Shown: positions 36,121 through 49,444 of the stretch, one piece after another
How the letters are laid out: every line of letters begins with the position of its first letter
Position numbering within the stretch: the first letter of the stretch is position 1
DNA from: Pecten maximus
Taxonomy: Eukaryota
Assembly (NCBI RefSeq): GCF_902652985.1
Contig: NC_047018.1
Location: 28,954,001-29,018,000 of the forward strand
DNA: 64,000 nt
Reading direction: 5' to 3'
The notes under the pieces: model-generated
Told to the model about the DNA's origin: nothing
Databases searched by the model: none
Seen by the model: the letters and a program-made list of their open reading frames with translations, nothing else
Translations under genes and position numbers: made by a program

Positions 36121-39100
36121 TTACAACTTTTTAAAAGTTACACACAAAAAACAAATAACACTGACGAGCATTAAGGATTGAGTTGCGCGTCGGCTGCTAC
36201 ACGTGGTTTGTGGGGCAGCTTCGGCATCGTCAGACAAACAGACATGTCCCTGGAATTCCACAACTCCTAAATTGTCAAGGCTTTCAAAAATTTTCTGAAA
36301 ATCGTTCGCATCCTCCTCGACATATGCCTGTGGATGACAGCCGTAGTTCAGTCCCTGGTAGATTAAGACACATTGTCGATTGATCACACGAAGAGAACTA
36401 TCTGAAATAAGAGGAGATTTTACAGATAAGATAATCCCTAATGTTTAAAGATTAAGGAGGAATCGCCTGTAAATACATTGTAGATGGTCGATAAAGGATG
36501 TCGTAAGAAGTATATTCAGCATCACCTTACCATTTTACCAGGTCAGATTTAAACTAAAACAATGAAGTTTAGGGTGTGTCTAATTCCTTGAAATATAGTC
36601 TCCATCCATCCGTAATTACTGATTCAAGTCAGATCATATACGTAGTTCTCTACACAGAGACAAGCTATATCAGTAAATATAATATGCTTACAAAGGTAGT
36701 AACACACCGAAGAACCAGGACAGCCCTACATCTCACTCATCGATACAAACAGAGATACAGGACTCCGAGGAGACATCAAACCCACAGAGGAATGACATCA
36801 TGGCAGTCCGACATCTCACTCATCTACACAGAGATACGGGACTCCGGGGAGACATCAAACCCACAGAGGAATGACATCATGGCAGCCCGACATCTCACTC
36901 ATCTACACAGAGATACGGGACTCCTGGGAGACATCAAACCCACAGAGGAATGACATCATGGCAGTCCGACATCTCACTCATCTACAAACAGAGATACAGG
37001 GACTCCGGGGAGACATCAAACCCACAGAGGAATGACATCATGGCAGCCCGTCATCTCACTCATCTACACAGAGATACGGGACTCCGGGGAGACATCAAAC
37101 CCACAGAGGAATGACGTCATGGCAGCCCGTCATCTCACTCATCTACACAGAGATACAGGACTCCGAGGAGACATCAAACCCACAGAGGAATGACATCATG
37201 GCAGTCCGACATCTCACTCATCGATACAAACCAAGATACAGGACTCCGGGGAGACATCAAACCCTACAGAGGAATGACATCATGGCAGTCCGACATCTCA
37301 CTCATCTACACAGAGATACGGGACTCCGGGGAGACATCAAACCCACAGAGGAATGACATCATGGCAGCCCTACATCTCAGTCATATACACAAACAGAGAC
37401 ACAGGACTCCGGAGAGACATCAAACCCACAGAGGAATGACATCATGGCAGCCCGACATCTCACTCATCTACACAGAGATACGGGACTCCGGGGAGACATC
37501 AAACCCACAGAGGAATGACGTCATGGCAGTCCGACATCTCACTCATCTACACAGAGATACGGGACTCCGGGGAGACATCAAACCCACAGAGGAATGACAT
37601 CATGGCAGTCCGATATCTCAATCATCTACACAGAGATACGGGACTCGGGGAGACATCAAACCCACAGAGGAATGACATCATGGCAGTCCGACATCTCACT
37701 CATCTGCACAGAGATACGGGACTCCGGGGAGACATCAAACCCACAGAGGAATGACGTCATGGCAGTCCGATATCTCAATCATCTACACAGAGATACGGGA
37801 CTCGGGGAGACATCAAACCCACAGAGGAATGACATCATGGCAGTCCGACATCTCACTCATCTGCACAGAGATACGGGACTCCGGGGAGACATCAAACCCA
37901 CAGAGGAATGACATCATGGCAGCCCTACATCTCACTAATCTACACAGAGATACGAGACTCGGGGAGACATCAAACCCACAGAGGAATGACATCATGGCAG
38001 TCCGACATCTCACTCATCTGCACAGAGATACGGGACTCCGGGGAGACATCAAACCCACAGAGGAATGACGTCATGGCAGTCCGATATCTCAATCATCTAC
38101 ACAGAGATACGGGACTCGGTGAGACATCAAACCCACAGAGGAATGACATCATGGCAGTCCGACATCTCACTCATCTGCACAGAGATACAGGACTCCGGGG
38201 AGACATCAAACCCACAGAGGAATGACATCATGGCAGTCCGACATCTCACTCATCTGCACAGAGATACGGGACTCCGGGGAGACATCAAACCCACAGAGGA
38301 ATGACATCATGGCAGCCCGTCATCTCACTCATCTACACAGAGATACAGGACTCCGAGGAGACATCAAACCCACAGAGGAATGACATCATGGCAGTCCGAC
38401 ATCTCACTCATCTACACAGAGATACGGGACTCGGGGAGACATCAAACCCACAGAGGAATGACATCATGGCAGCCCGACATCTCACTCATCTACACAGAGA
38501 TACGGGACTCCGGGGAGACATCAAACCCACAGAGGAATGACATCATGGCAGCCCGACATCTCACTCATCTACACAGAGATACGGGACTCCGGGGAGACAT
38601 CAAACCCACAGAGGAATGACATCATGGCAGCCCTACATCTCACTCATCTACACAGAGATACGGGACTCCGGGGAGACATCAAACCCACAGAGGAATGACA
38701 TCATGGCAGCCCGACATCTCACTCATCTACACAGAGATACGGGACTCCGGGGAGACATCAAACCCACAGAGGAATGACATCATGGCAGTCCGACATCTCA
38801 CTCATCTACACAGAGATACGGGACTCCGGGGAGACATCAAACCCACAGAGGAATGACATCATGGCAGTCCGACATCTCACTCATCTACACAGAGATACGG
38901 GACTCCGGGGAGACATCAAACCCACAGAGGAATGACATCATGACAGTCCTACATCTCACTCATCTACACAGAGATACGGGACTCCGTGGAGATATCAAAC
39001 CCACAGAGGAATGACATCATGGCAGCCCGAATGAAACAACATATCTATACCATACTGAAATTTATTCTTGAATAATCCTTATATTTACTGTCCCTACTTT

Positions 39101-42100
39101 TGATTTTTTTAAAATGTTTGCTCTGTTGGAGTTTAGAATACTCACAGAATCTAAGTTGTATAATTTTGTTTTAGATTTGACAGGCTCTTGAAACAGTCGC
39201 TACATGATGTCGAGAAGTCCGGCCAACTATCAATGTTCACCCATAGTATATGAAAAAAAGTTCCTTTGAATACGATATTTTGTTTGGTCTTTCCTCGAAA
39301 GGATACTGCAATCACTTTTGTCATTTTCTTTGCTAATTTGATATGGTGTTAACTAAATTGATTCTAAGCATTGTGTGGTAGTACATCGAAACTTTTTCTC
39401 ACAATTGTAAACATTACACAGTAAGGTATTAAAAGTTGCTGTGACGCGACCTCTTTTTCAAACCGTAGTCCTGCTATGTGCAAATTGCAACAATATACAA
39501 CAATATAGATTTTCATAAATGGATATACTGAGCAAAGGAATGGGAAGCAACACTAATCCTCATGTGCTTTCCATTTATGTTTGCGAACCGTTCAAGCTTA
39601 TGTCTATTTTTGCAACTATTGACGCGGGGATTTGGACCACCCAACAGTGAATATATAGAGAGGTTGCATAACGTGTGGTTGTTGTATATGGTATTTCTTT
39701 CACTCGATTAGTTATTTTTCAAAAACTTTAGCGAGTGTTGTTTTGTATCGTTGGAAAAATAACTAACGAAAGTGAAAGAAATACCATATACAAAAACCAC
39801 GAGTTTGTATGTCCTATTTCTACCACAATAAAAAGTTATTTTGAGGATGAATTGACCTGTTTTGTGTCCATATGTGTTCTTCTCACAATATCAGGTGAGA
39901 TGTAATGATATGGCCTGAAGTGAAAAGCAGCTAATTAATATGCAAAACTGTCAATACCGGAAATGTGTGCAAATGTTACATATCATAACAAATAATAACC
40001 AAGTTTATTCTTTTCAAAGCAATACATTTATAGTAATTAACATATTCTTAAAAAGTACGACAAAACATGACAAAAACAACTGCGAACTACTTCTTGTGCA
40101 TTTCCGGAACCTTTTGAAGTGGCCTTCAAATGTAAGCCAATCAAAATGAATTGAACATGTGATTAAAAAATAGTCCTGGTCAAAGGTCACTCTGTCAACC
40201 AATCAAAAGTTATTTAGAGTTTATTTCATGTGTGGCATAACCTGAATGCATTTCAACAGTTGTAATGCTTATTTCATGCATTTGGAGTTAAATAACACCC
40301 ATCTATTATGGTAGAAATACATGTAAGATCAAGTGAAGCCGGAAAAAGGGTTGTGTTTATCTATGCAAGCCTCTGCTTCCACTATAGTTTTGCTCATCTT
40401 TTGATATACATGCATTTCATATGGAAAACCGATTTATCATAATTGTTACGATTTGTAGACAAAACCACTTGACTAGTTTAACAGAAATTCATGCTCGTCA
40501 GAAATACAATTGAACACCAGGTCATAGACGAACAGTCATAGTTCAACGACACACAATGAGTTTTTTTAACTCCTGCTAAATTTGGTTTTTAAACCTTTGA
40601 ATACCAGTTTTTGTACAATGACGATTTTGGGTTTTGATTGTCAAAATGTGGCTATTGCAAAACGTGCTTGGATTACAATATTTTAAACAAACAGTATTTC
40701 ATAAAAACCAACTTGCGCGTACATCAATCTTGTTTTAAAGTTACATTGGTCGATCGATATTTAAAACGTCTATATTGATTATTTCTGGATGTTATATGTA
40801 CTTGTTATGCCATTCTCCAGGGCAATATATATTGTTACCTTGTAGACCCTACATCTATACAGGGACCACAGAACCAAATCAAAAATAGATTGTGGGTTTA
40901 AGATTTAATAGGAAGGTGAATGCATCGGGGCCTACTGATTGGATATTTAGGGGAGAGAAGTTTCCAAAGTTTTATGTGTGGGCTGGGCAATACATTTTGT
41001 ACATGTAGATGTAAAATATATAGAAAAAAGTGTTTTTTTTCTAGCCTGTTTTTGTCAGGGGGAGTGTATTTTGTTGTAAATTTAAGTGAATATTTGGTGC
41101 TGAATTCAATACAATATGATGGCCCCATACAAAAAAGTTCCAAATGGTAGAAATTTTAAACATTCTATTTACAGGTTTCCGAGATGACATTCTGCAAAAT
41201 TATGGTTAGTGGACCAGTGTTGAAAACTCCATTTAAGCAGGACAGTGGTAAACGTTAACAGTATCGTCTTTGGGAAATCATTTGGTTCCGTGGTTCCTAC
41301 ACGATGCCCGGATGTTATACGTACTTGTTAGGCCATTCTCCAGGGCAATATTTATTGTTCCAGTGTATGCCCCACATCTGTATACATGATACCCAGATTC
41401 GGGATTTGGAGGACACGTGACGGTGTCGATGCCTGAGATGAAGGAGGGTTCCAAACACTTTGTGTTCCTAATCCCAGGGATAAAGTTGAGAAATGGGTTG
41501 ATGAATAAGCCAGCAGGAGACTTATCGAGGTCAATATTGATGCACTTCATACACTTCAGTCCTGTACCAGGTCACAAAAACAAAATTAGAATTGAATAGA
41601 TTTTACTCCTGTACCAGGCCACAAAAACAAAATTAGAATTGAATAGATTTTACTCCTTTACCAGGTCACAAAAACAAAACATTTAATACATTTTACTCCT
41701 GTATCAGGTCACGAAAACAAACTTAGAATTTAATAGATTTTACTCCTGTACCAGGTCACAAATACAAAATTAGAATTGAATAGATTTTACTCCTGTACCA
41801 GGTCAAAAAACAAAACATTTAATACATTTTACTCCTGTATCAGGTCACGAAAACAAACTTAGAATTCAATAGATTTTACTCCTGTACCAGGTCACAAAAA
41901 CAAATATTTGATAAATATTACTCCTGTACCAGGTCAAAAAACAAACTTAGAATTCAATAGATTTTACTCCTGTATCAGGTCACAAACACAAAACATTTAT
42001 TACATTTTACTTCTGTACCAGGTCACAAAAACAAAACATTTATTACATTTTACTTCTGTACCAGGTCACAAAAACAAATATTTGATAAATTTTACTCCTG

Positions 42101-45100
42101 TATCAGGTCACAAACACAAAATACTTAATAATAAATTTTACTCCTGTACCAGGTCACGAAAACAAAATATTTAATAGATTTTACTCTGTACCAGGTCACA
42201 AAAACAAAACATTAATAGATTTTACTCCTGTACCAGGTCACAAAAACAAAATATTTAATAGATTTTACTCTGTACCAGGTCACAAAAACAAAACATTTAA
42301 TAAATTTTACTCCTGTACCAGGTCACGAAAACAAAATAATTAATAGATTTTATTCCTGTACCAGGTCACAAACACAAAACATTTAAAAGATTTTACTCCT
42401 GTACCAGGTCACAAATACAAAACATTTAATAAATTTTACTCCTGTACCAACAAATACAAAACAAAATAATTAATAGATTTTATTCCTGTACCAGGTCACA
42501 AACACAAAACATTTAAAAGATTTTACTCCTGTACCAGGTCACAAATACAAAACATTTAATAAATTTTACTCCTGTACCAGGTCACGAAAACAAAATATTT
42601 AATAGATTTTATTCCTGTACCAGGTCACAAACACAAAACATTTAATAGATTTTACTCCTGTACCAGGTCACAAATACAAAACATTTAATAAATTTTGCTC
42701 CTGTACCAGGTCACGAAAACAAAATATTTAATAGATTTTATTCCTGTACCAGGTCACAAAAACAAAACATTTAATAGATTTTACTCCTGTACCAGGTCAC
42801 AAAAACAAAACATTTAATAGATTTTACTCCTGTACCAGGTCACGAAAACAAAACATTTAATAGATTTTACTCCTGTATCAGGGCACAAAAACAAAATATT
42901 CTGTATATGTGACTCCTGAATCACTGTCTTTATATCGTTATCGCGTTCAGGATTTTAGATAAATTATCGTTGTTTCATTACCTTGAACTATTCAGAAACA
43001 ATTCAAATAATAAAACATTTTATACACTAACGCACTGTAAGCTATTTTTTTGTAATTTTTGGAAATTAACTAACGGGAATGAAAGAATTCCACATACATC
43101 TACAAATCAATTAAAGAAATTCACTTGTTTTGTTGTTCCTGGATCTACTGCAGTGTTTTGTGGTATTGTGGTGTTTTTTATTGAAGGAATAATAATTGTT
43201 TATTTTTGATTTGTTTCAGTAAAATACTACCACCATACTTACATTTCAACACCAATGTGGTTTTTTTCTCAATTGAATACCACCATTTAACTTTCGTTTC
43301 AACACCGTTGATTTTTTTCAGTTAGATACTACCATCTAACTATTATTTCAAATCCTCGGGAATATTATGTTAAACTGAGAATAACTTGTTGCATCCATGT
43401 TTGTATATTATTTTCCGTGGAATATAGATATACACATGTATTGTGATTTTGATGGGCTGTCATAACCGTCACTGGTATGTGTTGGAATGTAGGCGACACT
43501 TTCAGTTTTCTGTTACCATGAAAGCAAATGGCAAAAATAAGTTTTTGAAGGATTTCTCTAAAACGTTCAAATTAACTTCGTGTATATCAATAGTGTACAA
43601 ATCATTCCTATTGTATTACGGCGGGTTCGTCGATTAGTTATGTTCTAGGCGTTATCACCATGGGTTTCGTCTTCGTTACAGTCTGATTGACCTTATATTA
43701 GGACGGCTAAACTGTTATATCAATTCTGAGCAGGTTAGGCAGTCATCTTTAAATGTCTACATACCTATCTAAGGCTACTAAAACCACCGTTGACCGTTAT
43801 AGGCAGGCCAGGTGGGCTTCATAAGATTTTCATATCTATTGGGCTGTAAATAGGTTGTCTTTATAGACACACACCATATCTAATAGGCTGTAAATAGGTT
43901 GTCTTTATAGACACACACCATATCTAATGGGCTGTAAATAGGTTGTCTTTATAGACACACCATATCTAATGGGCTGTAAATAGGTTGTCTTTATAGACAC
44001 ACACCATATCTAATGGGCTGTAAATAGGTTGTCTTTATAGACACACACCATATCTAATGGGCTGTAAATAGGTTGTCTTTATAGACACACACCATATCTA
44101 ATGGGCTGTAAATAGGTTGTCTTTATAGACACACCATATCTAATGGGCTGTAGATAGGTTGTCTTTATAGACACACCATATATAATGGGCTGTAGATAGG
44201 TTGTCTTTATAGACACACCATATCTAATGGGCTGTAAATAGGTTGTCTTTATAGACACACACCATATCTGGCCAGTAATAATCTCCTCAAAATGTCCCCA
44301 AGTATCAAATGCAACATTTCACCACTTTATAATATATAGAAAAATGATTATAAAATATCTAAATACACTGTTTGTCTACTTTCTGATATATAAAAATCAT
44401 ATAACTTTAATCAAAGAAACCCACTACAGCCTGATTGCATAACAGGAATTTATACGTTGTTATACATTGTTATACATGTACATTGTTACAATGTAGCTTT
44501 TAACGAAATAAATGATCGACTGCAACATTGTATAAATGTTAAAACTATATCACCGTCAATGATTCACGTTGATAGAATAATAATTGGACGTATGGTATAT
44601 ATATAGAGAGACAATGTTGTATAAATGATCGCCAGTGGTCACAAAGATAACACTTTCTGTATTAGCACACATTAAATGACTTTCAAGGAAATAGGGCTCC
44701 GGGTTATGTTGGTGTATACCTTAATAAGCATTAGACATCGTACAATTACGTCAGGAAATTCACACCTTTACTATATACATAGATATACAACCTGGAAACA
44801 CAATAGAGGAAGGCATACCATTACTTATATAATTGATATGATGATTTTGCGAGAAAACAGCATTCATTGAGACAGGACATATTTTATTGAAAAATTCATA
44901 TAAGAACATTGCACATGGATTTGCTTGCATTAAAGTAATTACAATTGCGGTTGATTCACCATGGTTATGATTGGGTCTATTTTTACATATGTATTTTCAG
45001 CAACGGATTTACATTGCATTTGTTTTGTAAATGTTTCCCCTATTTTCCGCCTGTATAAAAAGAGAGTTGTTTTGGTATAATAAAAGCACGAGAGCGAAAC

Positions 45101-45331
45101 ATAACGACTGCGTACCCGCGTCGTAAACACGGGGAATTTTTTATTGGATGTATTTGTAATAAGATTTATTTATAATTAGAAAACCACAGTAATTATTGGC
45201 ATGTGAACGCCACGGAATAGTTGTAACATACCTTGTGCTTGCCCGATGTTCTGTCCCAGTATGACAATACACACGCTCATTATAACGGGTCTCAGAATGA
45301 GTGTATCTAAATATGCACGCCGCCAAAACAT
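36121..45331 (-). CDS. Secreted, probably GPI-anchored, Cys-rich Ly6/uPAR (three-finger)-like protein, paralog A, 3 exons, ~205 aa
   Basis: Exons 45331-45232 (MFWRRAYLDTLILRPVIMSVCIVILGQNIGQAQG, signal-peptide-like), 41561-41325 (LKCMKC...KC...TCPPNP...YRCGAYTGTINI) and 36401-36121 (VINRQC...GCHPQ...FQKIF..LD.LG...VCLSD plus hydrophobic tail). Both introns are phase 1 GT-AG, and all three exons align with paralog B. Confidence 0.82.
36722..39030. repeat. 79-bp minisatellite, ~29 copies, in intron 2 of paralog A
   Basis: acatctcactcatctacacagagatacgggactccggggagacatcaaacccacagaggaatgacatcatggcag(t/c)ccg. Confidence 0.97.
39670..40320. mobile_element. Non-autonomous element with a long hairpin and a second inverted-repeat pair
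   Basis: gtggttgttgtatatggtatttctttcact..ttagttatttttc pairs with gaaaaataactaa..agtgaaagaaataccatatacaaaaaccac (39674-39800). tatttctacca (39815) pairs with tggtagaaata (40308). Confidence 0.55.
40785..40862 (-). pseudogene. Decayed duplicate of the 3' end and donor site of paralog A exon 2
   Basis: Reads LYRCRVYKVTIYIALENGIT|gtacatataacatcc, versus the real exon VYRCGAYTGTINIALENGLT|gtacgtataacatcc. Confidence 0.75.
41561..42900. repeat. 43-48-bp minisatellite, ~30 copies, abutting and including the exon 2 acceptor of paralog A
   Basis: ttttactcctgtaccaggtcacaaaaacaaaacatttaataga. Confidence 0.96.
43838..44269. repeat. 42-45-bp minisatellite, ~10 copies
   Basis: gggctgtaaataggttgtctttatagacacacaccatatctaat. 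Confidence 0.95.
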
Positions 45332-48300
45332 GAGGATCCTCGAAGATAACTGTCGCCCCTCCTTCCAGAAATCTCAGAACGACACGTTATTTATCTGCCT
45401 TTTACGAAATTTATTTGCTTACAATTTTTCCCAATGGGAAGGACTTGTCAGCTGTGATTATGGCCACAACATGCATCAGTGTAGTCCTACAACTACACGG
45501 CAAGTTTCTTATTTTGAGCATTCATATATGTGTGTCTGTAAGTGCAACAAGGTTTATACGTCGTTCTATTCCAGTTTACCTTAAGGCTTTCAAGTCACCT
45601 TTGTGTAACGACAACGGTGATTGGCCAAAGTCCTAACGACTGATTTGATTGGTTTCAATAAGTGACACGCTGCGTCGAAACGCACGATAGACAGTCGTTG
45701 TTTTCTAGAAAAAAGTATTACAATGTACTTGATTAGGAAGACTCAATGGGATGAGATGGAAGACTGAAATAGTAGACCTTAAACCCGTCACAAATAACCT
45801 CAGCACTCACTTACACAGACAGACGCTAGAAGTAATTAAAGGGACATGCATACAAATGGTTCAGTTTGTTTATCAATATAGTTTTATGGGTTTGTAATTT
45901 GATAAAGACTTATATGGAATGTAGCAGTTATTGTATACATGTGTATATGATTTATTTATATGAACTTGAATCAGATGAAGTTTTTGAATTGACGAGTCTC
46001 ATACATGTTATGATGCTATCAAATCACGTCAGAATACCAACGAAAGAAAATGAATATGACACAGAGATCATGATAAAGGTAAATAATCGTGTCGTGAGGA
46101 AATTTGTTATGAAGACAAGTCAACAAATTACATCATTAAGGTAAGGCAGGTAGATATACTTACATTCTGTATATAAATTGTTACGATGAACCAGAGAGGG
46201 TTAACATATTACTGTATGTCACCACTACCATCTCCCGATAACATTCCTCGTTGAGATAATTTAGCAGTTATTACCTTGATATCATCTTTATTCATTTATT
46301 TTTTTTCTTAAACTTTATTTTATTCAATAATACATGGCATGGTGATATGATATATACAATATGATTTCAAAAAGAATTCAGAAACAAGTACTAAGTACTT
46401 ATATAAATCTGTCTCCTTGTAGACATAAAGTAGCTATGGAACAGTACTGACAATACTATTTGGATATATATCAAAAAACATTTAATTACATTTTAACATG
46501 TGCATGGAAAATAAAGAGAAATGGTGCAGGGGATTGAAAGGGGCATCTTTATTCTAACATATCATTTCCTATTTAGCAGGCTACATTACAATAAATACAT
46601 GTCAGATTCTGATGTATGTCTCGGTTTTTATATAACTTAACTTCCTGGGTTTCTAGTGTCTGTATTGTCATTGTGTATTATAGTACTTGGTCAATGTCGT
46701 TATTGTCATATAACTTCCCCGTGAAGTATGAATATATCCGATATATCTGTCGTTTTGTGCAGTTAAGTTAAAGTTGAGTCAACTTATAAGTTTGTTCATA
46801 TTTCAAAACCAGACCATAAAACTGCTATAACGGATACAAACATATTTTTGTATGAATTAGACATTCCTGTGAATTTGTATACAACTTACAACTTAGGTTT
46901 ATCTTTTGATTATAATACATCTGTTTGTATCATCTTTAACATATCACAGATAAAAAATCGTCTAAAGAACAAATCCGGTGTGGATTTCTCTACATTTATG
47001 AATGCTGCACACGTTCTGTATAGTATCTGATCTAATGGTGCCTGTTGGTATTTCTACTCAAAATGTCTTCTTAACCGTGTTCGAGAATGTAATTCGATCA
47101 CCGAAAGAGAATTTACTGAACAGTACTTCTATATAGTTTAACCTTCGTCTTTGTTATAAATTGAATTCAACATACAATAGACATTAGACATAACACTTCC
47201 TTGTTTTTTGTTGTTATTTGACAAAAATAGTTCATATTGCTAACTTCTATGTATTTTGTCGGTCCTGACCAAACTTTACATGAAACATTCAACCTAACTC
47301 GGATATCTGGGAAGTATTATCATGGTCCCGCTGACTTCCATGATTAACAAGGTTTGACTGTATTTGACCTTTACAAAGCATGAAGTTTGACGAAAATCCA
47401 TGAAAGTATTGAGTTGCAATTGATTGTGTTTACATTGAGTCAGTTAACGTTGATTACTTTATATAGCAACTGTGACCTTGACCCTTGTCTCATTGTATAG
47501 TGGCATGAAAATGGCAATATCAAAGATTGTTTATTGACGGACAGACAAAAAGCAATTTGAACAGCCAATCAAATGTCAAGCTTCATTATATAACTCATGA
47601 TCACAATATATAAGTTTGATCCTAGTAATCTCAATGCAAGCACAAAAGAGTCAAGTTGTTGTGGATTGAATGGAATTTTGAACTCAACGTTAAATCCATC
47701 AATGCAATCATTCATGTATCAAGCGAAAGCTATACATTGATGTGACAAGGTGTACATGTAGTGGAAACAAGAGAACCACTAGGGCTTGAATATCTCACAT
47801 GATATTAATCTGACATATTTAATCTTAAAAGTGAAATATATTATGCGGTATAGCTATAGGAAAATATCATTGTCCTAGATCTAAAGAATGTACAAAAATA
47901 TTTCAAACAAATTTGACCACAGTGACCTTGAAAGTGGGTCAATGCCGTCCATTTGAACAAACTTAGTAACCCTACATGCTACATGCCTAATATCAGTATC
48001 CTGGGCCTTCAGGTAGAAGAAGTTGTCCGAAGTAAAATATTGACGCCGGACCCGGCACCATGGAATATAGATATAACTCAATTGCCCTTCTACGATGGGC
48101 CTTCACATGTACAGTCACTATTTAGGTCCTCGCCCCACATAGCCCTAAGGCCCCTCAGGGTCATTCAATGAGTCAACGGCAACATGTGCGTACCATATTC
48201 AACAGCCTTTACATTTTGATGATTCCAACAGAATTTGTATTACATGCATTTCTTTTAGCAATAGAACATGTAATACTAAAATTTTGTTTTCCCTATAAAC

Positions 48301-49444
48301 CTGAGACCCAGGGTCATGAAATTCACAATTATGGTGAAGAACTATGACCCTTCTGGGTGTAGAAACGATTTTTTGAAAAATGGCCAATTTCACCCTGTTC
48401 AGCCCCGCCCTTCAGGCCCCTTTGAGAAAGGATGGGGAGTGGGAACCATATGATACAATTCACAATTTTGGTTGACCTTTAGCCATGGAAGCTTGCTGCG
48501 AAATTTCTTTATATTCTTGTAAAGTGTTTTTGATGGACACACGGCGCTGAACTGAAGGCGATTGCAATACTTAATTCCTCCATGGAATTTCTAACGGGTA
48601 GAAGTATATAGACAATATGGATAGAAGCCCCAGTTTAAATACAGATAAAGACTAAAAAATAAAATGTGGTAACACAGGTTCATTCTCGCTGATTTCGAAA
48701 CATGTTGTCTATGACGTAACGTTCCGACGTGTGTTTTGTTATCAGTACTGTTTGTTGTTACCTACTTAAATCTAACAGCTGAAAATATTACAGGAAGGTG
48801 AATTGATATAAACAAGGGGTTGCTGGGACACATGGTAAAGGTATGGTTGACACCTTTTAACCACGCTAAAGTCATCCTCCATACAAGATATAAAACGACG
48901 CCGAGGACATTCTCAAGATTGTAATCATTTTATTTAGTTTTATTAGTTTGATTATCATGTGATTGTATAATAAACAAATCAAGTAAGTACATCATTGTTT
49001 TACAATAAAAAATACAAAGTCAGTAGGCATACGATGGATGAGTTTTACGTTGCATATTATCTTACATGTAAAATATTCAATCATTTAATATTCTATTTGT
49101 TTACACTGTTTACACATAACATTTCTGAAATGAAATCAATATACATGTACTAGTATGGAAGTATGATGTGCGTACAGTGTAAATCAGAAAATAAAGTCGC
49201 GTAGATAAAACAGCTCAGACAATTAGAATTAAAGAAAACAGTAAGCTTTTATCAAATGGATCACGTAAAATATATTTATAAAAGTCTATAAATGATTTAT
49301 TACATGTATATAATGAAATTATTTTACTGCTATTCGGCGTAGGAATCCAAGTGTAATTCAATGTAGTATAGAGAGCACAAAACATAGGATAACAACTTCG
49401 ACACCTACCTATAGGGTTAACGGGAGTACTACAAACGGATTAGC

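Noticed and set aside
36722-39030. Regular repeats as a possible CRISPR array
   Set aside because: The units are contiguous with no unique spacers, the context is a eukaryotic intron, and there are no cas genes. The same applies to the other arrays.
45800-45860. Alternative signal-peptide exon for paralog A (LLLASVCV|gtgagt)
   Set aside because: There is an in-frame stop upstream, and the exon at 45331-45232 aligns with paralog B and fits much better.
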